The notes beneath the pieces were generated by a model. The model made no database searches. It saw only the letters and a program-made list of their open reading frames with translations, and was not told the DNA's origin. Of a DNA stretch of 64,000 nt, positions 1 to 12,159 are shown in pieces. Both the position numbers and the translations under genes were made by a program. Numbering within the stretch: position 1 is the first letter of the stretch; every line of letters begins with the position of its first letter. The DNA comes from Malacoraja senta (Eukaryota), in assembly GCA_038087875.1 (NCBI GenBank), contig CM075989.1:3844001-3908000 (forward strand), read 5' to 3'.

Positions 1-1625
1 AGCTATTGCTCTATATGAACCTGGGTCTTCAGGGTCCTTATCCGGTTTCGGTATAAGTATGATTGTAGGTTCATTTAGAGTTTCTGGAAGTTTCTGTTGA
101 GTATAAGCTTGTTTGTAAAGTCTCTGTAGACGTGGAGAAATCAGATCGTAAATTTTTTAATAAAATTCAGAGCTTAGACCATCAGGACCTGCGGCCTTTC
201 CATTTTTTAAAGATCTAATTGACTCCTCGATGTCTTTTACCGTAATTTCTACATCTAGTGATTCTCTCTCTTTCTGATCTAGACCTGTAAGATTACATTT
301 CTGTAGAAATGTTTCCATTCCTACTGGTTGTTCTGTCGTTTTAGATTAATACAATTTTTGATAATATTGTAAAAATCTATCATTAATATCTTTAGGTAGT
401 GTTAATGTTTCTCCCTTATCTGATCTAATTTTGTAAATTGTTTTTTCCCCGTCCTGTTTACGAAGTTGACGCGCAATAGTTTTTGTGGTTTATCTCCAAA
501 TTCAAAATTTAATTGTTTTGTACGTTGATATAGTTTTATTACTTTGTCTGAGTATATCTTGTTTAACTTATATTTCAGTACTGCAATTTTATTGTGTTTT
601 ACCATAGATGGTGCTATTGCATTTTCTATGTCTAATTGCCTTATTTCCGTTTCCAAAGACTGTTGTTTGGCACTATTCTCTTTGTTAATAAATGATTGGG
701 AGGAGATTAATGCTCCTCGCACAAATGCTTTAAATGTTTCCCAAAGAAGGGAGGCGGAGATTCCAGGGCTGTCATTAGCCTCGAAAAACATATTAATCTG
801 TTTTACGAGGTATTCATTACATAACTTTTCTTTCAAGATTTGGGGGTTAAGTCTCCATTGTGTCTTTGTCTCGGTCATTCCGTTTAGTTTAATCATAAAT
901 GTTAGTGGAGCATGGTCCGATATTATAATATTATGATATTGCGAATTATAGGTAAATGGGATAAGTTTAGAGTCTACTAAGAAATAGTCTATCCTTGAGT
1001 AAGTTTGATGCACGGGTGAGTATAATGAGTATTCTCGACCAGATGGGTTTTCAATTCTCCAAACATCCTTAATGTTGGTAGTATTAATATATGAATTTAG
1101 AAATTCACTTGACTGAGATTTTAATTTTCTTTGACTTGATAATCTATCCAAGTAAGCATCCAGTGTACAATTTAAGTCTCCACCGATAATTAAGTTATGT
1201 TGTGTACATTCTGGGATAATGTTAAGTATTCTCTTAAAGAACAGGGGGCTATCAAAATTTGGTCCATACACATTAAGGAGAGTCACTTTTTTTGAGTACA
1301 ACTCCCCTACTAATACAATATATCTGCCTTCAATATCTTCTGTCGTTGATATATGTTTAAAGGGTATACCTTTACGAATTAATATTGCAACCCCTCTAGA
1401 TTTATGTGAAAATGAAGAATGATACGTTTTAGCAATTCATTTGGCTTTCAATCTATGTTGTGCTTCCTTTTTAAGATGTGTTTCCTGGAGAAATATTACA
1501 TCTGCTTTAAGTGATTTTAAATAGGCTAATACTTTACCTCTCTTGATTGGTTCATTAATTCCCTTAACATTCCAGCTACAGAATTTAATTCCTTCACCCC
1601 CAATTTTCATATTAACGTCTTGCAT
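1..1625 (-). pseudogene. L1 ORF2p endonuclease / start of RT, disrupted
   Basis: SWNVKG, FLQETH, NVYGPN, GGDLN, SRIDY and SDHAP APE motifs; in-frame TGA at 1437-1439 and a frameshift near 470. Confidence 0.88.
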
Positions 1626-2573
1626 CTTGTGATTAAAGTGGTCTATGTTGGAGCAGATGGCTCAGCGCACCAAACCCTACCTTATACTTGAACCTCAGGT
1701 AGATGAATTCTAAGTCTCATCGGTTTTTCATCCGGACATATCTCCCTAAATAAAACATATAATTCCATTCCAAATACAAAATATAATATAACATAAGATA
1801 GAAAAGGTAATAAAATGTTGTATTAGTAACGTGTAAAAAGTAGAAAAAGAAGAAAACTACAACTATGATTAGTGCAGTTAGTGATAGCCACCCTAGTGTG
1901 GCTAAACATCTAAAGACTTCCATAGCTTTTGTTGAAAAAAAAAATATTACTAGCTCCGTACTTTCCTTAAAAGAAAAGTTTCAATTACAATGAAAACAAT
2001 TTATGGGGGGGAGGGAAACAATAGTTTTATTCCATAATTGAAGTATTTGTTAGTCTCCAATTAAAATGTTAGTATCATATAGCAAGCTAAAAATATTTTT
2101 CCTCTTTTTTTTAAATTAAAAAAAAAGAAAAAAAAGGGGAAGACACTGTTAAACAGTAATCAAAAAACATTATTAAAGAGTAATCAAAAAACATTGTTAA
2201 AGAGTAATCAAAGTCCAAAATATCCAAATATCCAAAATAGCAAGGAAAAAACTTCCTATATTTTATTAATTAATTACTTGGATCACACTTTACTTATATT
2301 TCATACTATTAATCAATTCTAAGTTAGTCCAGTTAACAACAATTAGTATTGATTAGTATTCGTGATTAGAATTAATTGTTAGAAATTAGTACTAAAATGT
2401 AAATTTTATGTATCAGTAGCGAGATAATTGCCCAATTCTTCCCGCAGATCTTGGACAAAATCTGCAAGAAGAATGGGGACAGTTCTTAAAAATTATAGTT
2501 TAAAGGTCCATCTCTTCTCTGCAGGATAACAGTTTCCACTGTCTTCAGGTGAATGTTGGGTGTAGAATATTAT

Positions 2574-3600
2574 TCAATCTTCGGCCTTATTCACGATGCT
2601 CTGGGCAAATTCAAGTGCCTCTGTATGCTTGACGAAGAAATGTTCCTTCCGCTCATAGGTCACTCTTAATGTTGCGGGATATAACAGTCCATATCTCAAA
2701 TTGTTTATATTCTTAAGTATTCTTCTTGTTTCTGTAAATAGCGCTCTCTTCTTGGCGACTTCCACAGGATAATCTCTAAATATGCTTATCTTGTCTCCTT
2801 CAAATGCGAGGTTTCTGCTTTGAACAATTATCTTCATCATATCATCCAAAACATGGTCATATTGCACCTTCACTATCAGTTGTCTTGGGGGGGGCGCCCA
2901 CCCCTGGGCGACATCTTGATACTCTGTGCGCTCGGGCAATTAACGGTGCTTGATCCAGTTTCAAGACTTTTTTCAGCAGATCTGCAGCAAATTCGCGAGG
3001 GTCACGATTCCCCTCTCTGCCTTCCTGGACGCCTACGATTCTTAAATTCTGACGTCTCTGTCGTCCCTCCAAGTCAATACATTTTTCGGTTATTTGATGT
3101 AATAACTTCGATAGGCGTTTGTTCTCGGCAATAAGTTTATTTGTTGTTTCGGTGCTCGTCTCAGCAATTTCCTCCAATTCCTTTACAGCCTCGTGGTGTT
3201 GATTTAAAGTCTGGAGGATAGGCTCCAACTTAGCATCAAATCTGGATTCCATCGAATTCAGTTTATCATATACTTCTTCAGTATTTTGATGCATATTTTC
3301 TTCCATGGTTAATTTCCAGTCTTCCAGAACTTCATGCACAGAAGCTGTAACCTCATCTTTAATTTGTTCTTTAATTTCATCTTTTAAAGATTTCAGCTCC
3401 TGTTTAAGATTTTTAAATTCTTTCATTATATTAGAGATTTCCTGTGTCAGTAAGGTTCTTAATTCTTCCACATCTGTTTTTTTCTTCCTTGAGATATCTA
3501 CTTGGGATGCTGTTAAAACTGAGCCCGAGGCTTCAGGTGGGCCTGCCTCTTTTCCCTTACCGGTTTTTCTCGTCTTGGGGGGGGTATGTTGAATCGACAT
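2574..3600 (-). pseudogene. L1 ORF1p (coiled coil, RRM, CTD), one frameshift near 2900
   Basis: Coiled-coil N-terminus, LEGRQRRQNLRIVGVQEG and RAHR in one frame; PRQLIVK, ISIFRDYP and YGLLYPATLRV in the next frame. Confidence 0.88.
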
Positions 3601-4030
3601 GCTGCCGGTGTCGCGCGCCTGATGACGTCACGGACCTGTTGCAAACACTCGGTGCCGTTTTCTAGAGGTAGGTCCCGTCTTTTTCCCCCGTTTTCAACGT
3701 TTTTTTCCTGGAGCTAGTCGGCGCGAGTCTCTCCTACTCCATAGCGCCACCGGATGTCCATTTGATTTACCTTCTGTGGAATTGTTGCAAATTTGGTTCA
3801 GTAATCACTTGGTATCTGTAAATGATACCCTTCTGTCTTGGTTGCCATCTGACACACACATGATATTGTCCAGATCTACTGATCAGAACTTGCAATTGCC
3901 AGAAAGTTCATTCAATCTAACTGTAATTCTGTGAATCATTGAGTGACATTGGGCAGTGGGTGGGTGTTCCTTGAGGAAATGTAATAGGTCCGAAGAGGGT
4001 GCTTTGCCTGCTAAATTATAACCAATGTCA

Positions 4031-4290
4031 GGGGCGGCACAGTGGCGCAGCGGTAGAGTTGCTGCCTTACAGCGCCAGAGACCCGGGTTTGATCATAACT
4101 ACGGGTGTTGTCTGTACGGAGTTTGTACGTTGTCCCTGTGACTGCGTGGGTTTTTCCCTGGGTGCTCCGGTTTCCTCCCATGCTTCAAAATAGGTTAATT
4201 GACTTGGTAAACTTGTGGGCGGGGATCGCTGGTCGAAGCGGACTAGGTGGGCCGAAGGGCCTGTTTCCACGCTGCATCTCTAAAGTCTAA
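4031..4290 (+). mobile_element. tRNA-derived V-SINE (HE1-like)
   Basis: tRNA-like head GTGGCGCAGCGGTAGAG...GGGTTTGATC, V-domain CGGAGTTTGTACGTT...GGTGCTCCGGTTTCCTCCCA, CR1-like tail GGGCCGAAGGGCCTGTTTCC. Confidence 0.85.
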
Positions 4291-4662
4291 ATCAGAAGCG
4301 TGTGCTGGAAAAGACTCAGAGGGGAATGACATGTGAAGTCTGGCAATTAGACAATGAATGAGATAATGGTATACAATGGGTTCTTTAATCTAACCGGGAA
4401 TCCCAAATTTGGGACCATATGAACAAACATTGCATCATTTTAAATAATCATAGATAAGGTTGTTTTTTCTTCTTTGATTTACAATCACAATTTTTTTTCC
4501 TGTGCCTATCAAAAACAAAAGCAATTCTTTCACAGATCTGTGACTCCAATTTCTTAAGATGTTTTGCAATATTCTGAATTACTGGGAAAGAAGCTCCTTG
4601 CATTAAATGCAGGTATAACATCCTTTTGTTAATTTGAAAGAACTTAAAAGGGAGAAACAATC

Positions 4663-6275
4663 TCACTCCGTATTTTGCTTTTTCCTACAAACAATACGAC
4701 AAAGTTTCTTCAGTGTTCCAACCACCAGCACAGTGAGCAGGAGTAACACAGACAACAGAAAAATCATCACATCTACACAATAGTAAGCATACCAGGGGGG
4801 TCGGTGGGATTCTGAGCGCAAATGCCCCGCTCCTTTGTGTCGGGCAACGTACTCAACCCAGAAAACGGCTCTCTCCATTGGCGACTCTGGCTGGTCCCGA
4901 TGGAGAGCGGAGAGTCTCTTCATGTTGTCCCCATAAGATGCGTCGTTTATCACCTCGTTGAGTGCCTGCAATAGATCCGTGGAGTGCATGGTTGCAACAT
5001 TCATCACTTTTGCTGCTCCTCGGGATTCAAGTCTGACTACATTGTCAAACTGGTCAAAAAGCAGAGGCATTCCGATCACTGGCACCCCATGGTAGATGGC
5101 TTCATAAATCCCATTGGTGCCTCCGTGTGAAACAAAGGCTCGTGTGTTGGGGTGACCCAGCAGGTCGTTCTGAGGGATCCATTTTGCCAGCAGTGTATTA
5201 TTCCCTATATTGGGAGGGGTCTCACCATCATATCTCCAGATAACCTTCTGGGGGATTTGAGATAAAGCTTCTGCTATTTTCATTGTAATCTCCATTGGTA
5301 AAGAGTGGACAAAGGTCCCCAATGACATTACAACAAGTCCATGTTTCCCTGAGCTTTGGACAAACTCCTCAAACTCTGTTGCCAGAGGCCGTGCTGGTTT
5401 ACACTGGAAGCCTCCGATGTACACAATGTTTGGCATGGTGGGTCTTGGGAATTCAAAGACAAAATCCACCCTCATCAGCCACACATCAGCTCTGAGGAGA
5501 ATCGACTTGATGTCCGTGTCTGGTCCCAGATACCGATGGCAGATTTCATTATAAAGTGGATACACCAAAACTCAGAAATTATGTGTTGAAAGAGACTGTG
5601 AATGACATTTTCTGTTCTTTGGAGAAAATCCATTTTGTCTGTGAGAAGTGAGCCAGGAAGTGGGACGTAGGAAAGTGGTGACGGGGCAGTGAGAAAATGG
5701 GCTTCCCCAATGATCTGCCATCGAATGTTGTACACCAGCGGCACTTTTAAATAATACGCAAGCATTGGCCCGGTACCAAATAGAGGATCTGTGAGTATTA
5801 GGTCAAAGTTTGCATTTTTTAATTGATTCAACAAGGTTTTGTTTTCAAAGATCGCCATGTTGAAATTTTGATGTAGTCTATGGAATTTGTACAGAAACGT
5901 AACCATTAGATTTTGTAACATAATGTTGCCCCATAGTGTGTGACTATTCTGTAACCTGTCAAGTGACATTAGCACAATTTTGTCCATCGCTTCTTTCCTT
6001 GAAGGTGCTTCAATATTTTCTTGTGCTTGAACTATGACGGTTTGATACAGATCGGGTCTCTCTTTGATGAACCAGTTTGCGGAGTAACAAAGCACAGTGA
6101 TGCTGTGGCCACGAAGGGTCAGCTCTTCCATTAGAATTTTCATATTGATCCAGTGACTTCCATCAACAGGCACTACCAATATTCTAGCTGCTTGGGTAAT
6201 TGGACAAGACAGGGCGAAGATGATACCGAGAACAAATGTGACCTTTGATCTGCTTTTCCATCCAAGACCACCCAT
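4663..6275 (-). pseudogene. UDP-glucuronosyltransferase, UGT5-like, copy 1; 1-bp frameshift at ~5566-5570 (pseudogene or assembly error)
   Basis: ORFs 5475-6275 and 4663-5568 join into a full UGT; TACACCAAAACTCAG is one base shorter than TACACCCAAAACTCAG in copy 3. Confidence 0.85.
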
Positions 6276-6789
6276 GTTGAGGAAAGATGATCACACTGAC
6301 CCTGTGGTAGAATTGACCAGAAATGTTGGTAAGTGACAAAGATTGGCAAAAGGAGAATAAAGACACAAAGTGCTGGAGTACCTCAGAGAGGTAACTCATC
6401 ACTTCAAGGATAGATTCCATGTTCAGAAATTCTCGTGGCAGAATTAGGCCATTCAGCACATTAAGTCTACTCCGCCATTCAATCATAGCTGATCTATCTT
6501 TCCGTCTCAACCCCATTCTCCTGCCGTCGCCCCATATCCTCTTGACTCCCGAATCATTAACTGTTCCCGTTTGCCAACGATGGTGCCTGACCCACTGATT
6601 TAGTTTGACACCGGTTTCTGCCCACACTCCGTAGAATTGCGGATTTGTAGGTTAATTGACGTCTCTATATTGCCTCTAGTGTGTAGAGAGTAGATGGGAA
6701 ATTGTGATAATACAGAACTAGCGTGAATGAGTGATTGATGGTCAGGGTGGATTCAGTGGGCCGAAGGGACTATTTCCATGCCGTTTCTC

Positions 6790-7280
6790 AAGGGTGTAGT
6801 CTAGATGATTGTGGGGGTTAGTGAGTTTGTTGTAGATGTCAGTGGATAATGTGTCCCCTCATGGTGAGGTTGATGAAATGAAAGAGTTTGGCATGGGTGG
6901 AGCAGGCAGCTCCGATGCTGTCATCAATGTGGAGAAAGAGTTGGGGATCGTGCCAGTATACACTTGGTTCAAGGACAATTTGACGTAACCAGCAAAAATA
7001 ACAGCATAGCTGGAGCCCATGCGAGTGCCAATGAGTTGTTGTTGAGGGTGGGGACAGATTTTGGAATGTGGTGGAGAGTGTAGAGGAGAACCGATTTAGT
7101 TTCTGTTGAAGGAGGACCATAAGGGCCCTGAGCCTATTCAAGTGGGGAACAGTGGAATACACTGAACGTCCATGCTGTGGCAACAGGGACCTTGGAATTG
7201 AAAGTTATTGAAGTGTTGAAGAGCTGGTGAGGTGCCTCCCATGTAAGTCAGAATGGACTGGAAAACGGGTGGGACAAGGT
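6790..7280 (-). mobile_element. Degraded Penelope-like element RT remnant (paralogous copies near 17910-18155, 29910-30155, 42360-42500)
   Basis: Fragments resembling GTRMGPSYA and QLFL(R/H)(Y)IDD; the IHK..PGRPIVSAC motif lies at 8110-8190 and 30390-30480. Confidence 0.65.
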
Positions 7281-7282
7281 AG

Positions 7283-8104
7283 TTTAGTTTAGAGATACAG
7301 CACGGAAACAGGCCCTCTGGCCCACAGAGTCCGCGCCGACCAGCTATCCCCGCACACTTAACACTATCCCACACACATTAGGAACAATTACAAGTTTACC
7401 AAGCCAATTAACCTTCAAACCTGTACGTCTTTGTAATGTGGAAGGATACCGGAGCACGGAGAAAGCCACTGGGTGACCACCAGGTGGCGCCAGCAATGGC
7501 TGCCTCGCCAACAGACTGTCCTTTACTTCTTTTGTTGTATGATTTGGATGTGTTAAATGAATGTTTTAGTGTTCTTTAAGTTGTTTCATGCGGGGGGGGG
7601 AGACTTTTTCTAATCTCTTACCACAACGGAAAACCCTTTTTCCCCGTATCGCATCTCTGTCCGCACTGCGGCCTAACATCGAGGAGTTGGTGGCCTTTGC
7701 TGGAGACCGACCGACCGATTTCGGGAGCTTCAAGCCGCAAGAGCTTGGACCGCCCCAACTGCGGATGGTTCGACTGCCCCGACCGCGGGAGAATAAAGAG
7801 TAGGGAGATCGGACTGTATTGCCTTCCATCACAATGAGGAATGTGGAGAATCCGCTGTGGTGGATGTTTATGTTAACTCTTATGTAGTTGTGTCTTGTTG
7901 CTTTTGTTTTTGTATGGCTGTATAGTAATTCGAATTTTACTGTACCTTAATTGGTATGCGTGATAATAAATTGACTTTGAAAACCCACGCAGGTCACGGG
8001 GAGCACGTACAAACTCTGTACAGACAGCACCCGTAGTCAGCATCAAACCCGGGTCTCTTGCGCTGTGAGGCAGCAACTCTACCGCTGTGCCACCGTGCTG
8101 CCCC
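7283..8104 (-). mobile_element. V-SINE interrupted by a ~510-bp insertion
   Basis: Reverse-complement SINE tail at 7283-7470; head and V-domain resume at ~7980-8104. Confidence 0.75.
7471..7980 (+). mobile_element. Non-autonomous retroposon with LINE-like 3' tail, family unassigned
   Basis: Splits a SINE; degenerate TSD GAAA(G/AC)CCAC; ends ACTGTACCTTAATTGGT...AATAAATTGACTTTGA. Confidence 0.5.
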
Positions 8105-8199
8105 TGAATTGAGGAATTTGGAGATGAGATCTGTGGGGCCGGCGCAGCCAGAAACATTAGGTCTGCCAGGACAGTCCTGTTTGTAGATTATGGGATGAA

Positions 8200-8340
8200 G
8201 ACAGACACAAAATGCAGGAGTAACTCAACGGGACAGGCAGAATCTCTGGAGAGAAGGAATGGGTGACGTTTCTGGGTTGAGACCCTTCTTCAGACTGAGA
8301 GTCAGGGGAGAGGGAGACCAGAGATATAGAACAAATTAAT
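8200..8340 (-). mobile_element. Penelope pLTR-derived short element with hammerhead-like core
   Basis: Minus strand reads GTCTGAAGAAGGGTCTCAACCCAGAAACGTCACC; paralogous copy at 30488-30615. Confidence 0.7.
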
Positions 8341-9427
8341 TGATATGTAAAAAAGTAACGATGGAAGAGTAAGGTGTGAAAACGAGACATCAAAGGGGAC
8401 GGATATCAAGGAAACAGGTTGTATGGGATTAGGGAAATGTAACATTGGAGTCTGTGCTTGAGTCTCTGGAGTCATGGCCAATGCGTATGTGTGAAAGCTG
8501 GGCTGGCGCCTGGCCTCAGCACGGAAGGATGAAGTGGTTTAGCGATTAAGCTAGTTTACAACAGCATTTCTGGAGAGAAGGAACAGGTCGAGACACTTCT
8601 TCAGACAAAACATGGGCTTGAGTTTAAAGCAGGTGAAAGTAAAAACACAGTCAAATGGGCCGGGAATGGAATATTGGATTTGGAATATTGACTATTGAGT
8701 GAAATCTGGGGAGTAGAAATGTGTGTGTATGGAGGATACAAAATATATGTGTTGAGATAATATCGAGTATGAAAACCATTGGCGATGAACCGAGATACGA
8801 GAGAAAAAAAGAGAACACATTTTGCATGAAAAAAAAGCTCTCGGCAAGTTTGTTCAAGATAAAAGGAATTTTCAATATTGCTATTCGTTGCCGAAATGAT
8901 AAATATAAATCATGCATTACAATACAGAGATGGGGAATTTAGAAGTGTTTTCAACTTACATACTCATCAATGAATTCGATGTGATTTGAATATCAGGAAG
9001 ATGTGACTGCGGTGGGACTTGAACTCTCGGACTCTGCGACTGCTTCCCGTCCCCACAAGAAAACAAAACGCCGGCCCTCTCACACCTTGCTCACTTGCCC
9101 GCGAGTAACACAGGAAAATACTTACGGACAAATACAACACCGAAGTACCCGATCCCAAACTATCTTAAAATAACCGCAAGTATGAAAGTTCATTTGGTAA
9201 ATACAATCGCGATGGCAGTTTCCTTTCCAATGTCGCTGAGATTTCAATCAAAATGATCAACGATTTTCAGTTGATGGGGACAAAATCTAAGAAGAGCTTT
9301 GGTTGTGTAATGTTTGCTTTGATGTGTTTATTTTTCATTCTGAGCTGCATAACATGTTTGGTTGGTATTTTTTTTTTTGGCAAGGACAAATTCAGTTGGC
9401 TTGTTGCCTCGGAGTCAACACAAAGTT

Positions 9428-9531
9428 GCCCATCAGTCTGAAGAAGGGTTTCGGCCCGAAACGTTGCCTATTTCCTTCGCTCCATAGATGCTGCTGCACC
9501 CGCTGAGTTTCTCCAGCACTTTTGTTTACCG
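9428..9531 (+). mobile_element. 104-bp Penelope-derived insert with 8-bp TSD
   Basis: ACAAAGTT at 9420-9427 and 9532-9539; paralogous empty sites at ~19535-19553 and ~31665-31685. Confidence 0.8.
9436..9467 (+). ncRNA. Minimal type I hammerhead ribozyme motif
   Basis: CTGAAGA (9438-9444), stem II GGGTT/GGCCC, GAAA (9458-9461), palindromic ACGT stem III, predicted GUU cleavage triplet. Confidence 0.6.
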
Positions 9532-9877
9532 ACAAAGTTTAACCTCCTGATTCTGTTACCCTAGACTTCCAGGAATACAAACTGATGAAGTGATTTTTAC
9601 ATTTCCTTAATAAAAATATTAATGAACCAGATGGATTTTAGAACTATCCAGAGATTTTATGGGCTTTAGATTCAAAAGTTGCTTGGCAGTAGAGAGTAGT
9701 GTGGGATGAGTTTTTGTTTTGACTTGGGCACTGTGACCAGTGTTGTTCCACAGGGATCAGTGCTGGGACCTTTACTGTTTGTGAATATATAAATGATTTG
9801 GATACATAAATTATAAATGATTTGGTGGGTTGATTAGTAAGTTTGCAGACAACACAAAAATTGGGCAGTTTACAAAC

Positions 9878-10129
9878 CCAATAGTATGAGTATTTTAGTT
9901 TAGTTTAGGGGTACCGTACAGAAACAGGTCCTTCGGTCCATTGAGTTCGCGCAACCAGCGATCCCTCCACATTAACACTATCCTAGACACGAAGGACAAT
10001 TTCCAATTTTCACCGAAGCCAATTAGCTCACAAACCTGTACATCTTTGGAATGTAGGAGGAAACCGGAGCACCTGGAGAATTCCCATGCGGTCACAGGGA
10101 GAACGTACAAACTCCACACAGACAGCACC
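9878..10129. repeat. 252-bp direct repeat, left copy (partial V-SINE), flanking the ERV
   Basis: Colinear with 13777-14028, about 5 mismatches by eye. Confidence 0.9.
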
Positions 10130-10676
10130 TGTGAGATTCAAAATCACAAACGCTTTTAGAGACAAAGTCGGCAAAGAAGCTTTTTATTTAAATCATATTC
10201 TGCAGAATAGGTGCCTCTCCTCTGATGCCCCCTAGAGGCTCACCGAGGATCGGGATGTCTTCTATCTTTATACATTTCATGGGTATCATTGTCACACCCT
10301 CATCCCTCCCCATTGTGCTTCTTCCAATCATAACATAAAGCCCACATTCCCACGAGAACGTCCTGGAACGTCCACCCGACGTCAAAGACACCTCCCATAT
10401 CATGCATCGCATGTGCATTTAAATGAGACATCTTGTCATAGTGGGTGTGTGTACATATTCATGTAAGTTCATTGCCCATGCGCACAGAGTGTTTTTCATG
10501 ACCCTTACCCTAGTTCTTTGCTGGGCTGTTGCTATCTCTTTATCTTCTCTGTTCTCATCCTTGAAAAAGTCACCATCTGTACTCGTTCTTCACCCCCCTA
10601 CCCTCCCTACTATCCTCCCTACTATACAAAGGGTTCTTGTCTAAATCAACTTATACCTATTAACCCCTTCCTCACA
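10130..10676 (-). repeat. ERV 3' LTR (547 bp)
   Basis: Termini TGTGAG...CTCACA form a 6-bp inverted repeat; minus-strand AATAAA near 10185; purine-rich AAAAGTGTGGAT just upstream on the minus strand. Confidence 0.75.
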
Positions 10677-10781
10677 ATCCACACTTTTACTTTTGCTACT
10701 GTAATCTTTGATTTAGACTATCTGCCCCTTCTCTAATGCTAGCAGCAGAATCTTCGCCTTTTTATCTTCCTCTCGCTGGTC

Positions 10782-11654
10782 TTACTTTGTTTTAAATAGG
10801 CACAGCAACCCCATCATAACTACCACTGATGTTAGGGCTGATGTAAAGATGTGCTTCCATTTCCCAAACCAGGAGTCTAGAAACCCGGTCCAGGAGGTGT
10901 CTACTCCGGAGTTCTCGGCCAATTCGATAGACAGGGAGGTGAGACCTGCTAGGGCTCTCGATACTGACCCATCAGGAGCAGTGTTGTTGGGGATGAAGGT
11001 GCAACATTGTTCCCCAAACATTACACACACCCCTCCCTTCTCAGCCAGTAGCATGTCTAAGGCCATGCGATTTTGCCAGACCATTAGGCTGGTATCTGTC
11101 AGTTGTTCCGCTAACCGCTAATCCTTCAACTGCATCTCGAGTGTAATTTATAAAGCATTGTTGATTGTAGTATAGGTAGTTGATCCAGTCCACATTTTTA
11201 TTAAGTGTGGACCACCAGAAGAGTATGGACTCAAAGCCCGCAGCTATCTAATTTCTGGCTTTGAATTCATCGGGTACCCCTCTTGGCACCCCTATCGCAT
11301 CTATATATATGTGTGTGTCGAAGGGTCTGTCCTTCGGCCCTTTGTATTGTTGTTGCTAGCCGGGAATAGGTAATGATAACTCTGGCAGGTCGCATCCTTT
11401 GGTAGGATGGGATTCGTGAATAGCTGTAGTATACATGACATAGCCCCAGGTGTCCTATCCCAATTCAAGGGAAATGGTTCTGGAACCAGCTGAGGCTTAG
11501 CTCCGGCGCAGGCGTAGCAATTGGTGTGTTGCATACTCCTGGCCGTGTACATCATCCAGGCAAGCCAGGTGTTGGCTCCCTTCCCTCCTGTAGGTATTCC
11601 CTCCTCATATAATTGCCTTAATTCTGTTTCTCCTGCTACTATCATTATCTTCAA
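10782..11654 (-). pseudogene. ERV envelope, disrupted and internally deleted
   Basis: CYAC motif in SU, DAIGVPRGVPDEFKARN, INKNVDWINY-like segment, ISD QNRMALDMLLAEKGGVC, CX6CC, TM helix. Confidence 0.88.
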
Positions 11655-11782
11655 ATCCTTAGGCTCATTCTCCCTGTTCTATCTGCACATATCCAATACC
11701 TACCACTTTCCTGCATTTGAACACTCTGTATGCTTACATAGTTGGGTAACCACCCAACACACGACCCACCAACACGAAATCT

Positions 11783-12130
11783 TCATTTTTTCCGCGGGTT
11801 CTTGTTAAATATTAAAGTCAATGGTTCCTCTCCTTTGCGCACAGTCCACGGGCTGATATTGTTTGGTGGGGCCTCCACAGGACCCTTAAATCGGCTTGCG
11901 TGTGTCCACCCTTTTTCTTTTGTTCGTACTGCTGTCTCGGTGATTAGTAACACCAGGTAGGGTCCAGTCCACTTAGGTTGCAGCTTTTCTTCCTTCCATG
12001 ATGTTACAAGATCCCAGTCCCCCGCTTTCACAGAATGGATTGGAAAGTCGAGATGGGGACTCTGTGCCAGCAGCCCCTTGGTTCTTAATTCTGTAATAGA
12101 ACGAGATACTGCCAGTAAATAGTTCCTTAG
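11783..12130 (-). pseudogene. ERV integrase C-terminus (core fragment at ~13480-13760)
   Basis: LQPKWTGPYLVLLITETAV (GPY/F motif), WTHASR; RINGTLK and LNWIDALPLAL in the upstream fragment. Confidence 0.8.
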
Positions 12131-12159
12131 GAATACATCATTCCCTTGTATTTGTTGGG

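Larger units (their letters stand above)
1..3759 (-). mobile_element. L1-clade LINE, 5' part (5'UTR, ORF1, long inter-ORF spacer, ORF2 EN and start of RT), runs off the left edge
   Basis: GC/CpG-rich 5' end starting GGACATCCGGTGGCGCTATGG on the minus strand, followed by L1-type ORF1 and an APE endonuclease ORF2. Confidence 0.9.

Noticed and set aside
2150..2235. Short direct repeats as a CRISPR-like array
   Set aside because: Adjacent tandem duplications without unique spacers, inside the L1 spacer
4031..4105. tRNA gene
   Set aside because: tRNA-derived SINE head that continues into the V-domain and LINE tail; many degenerate copies
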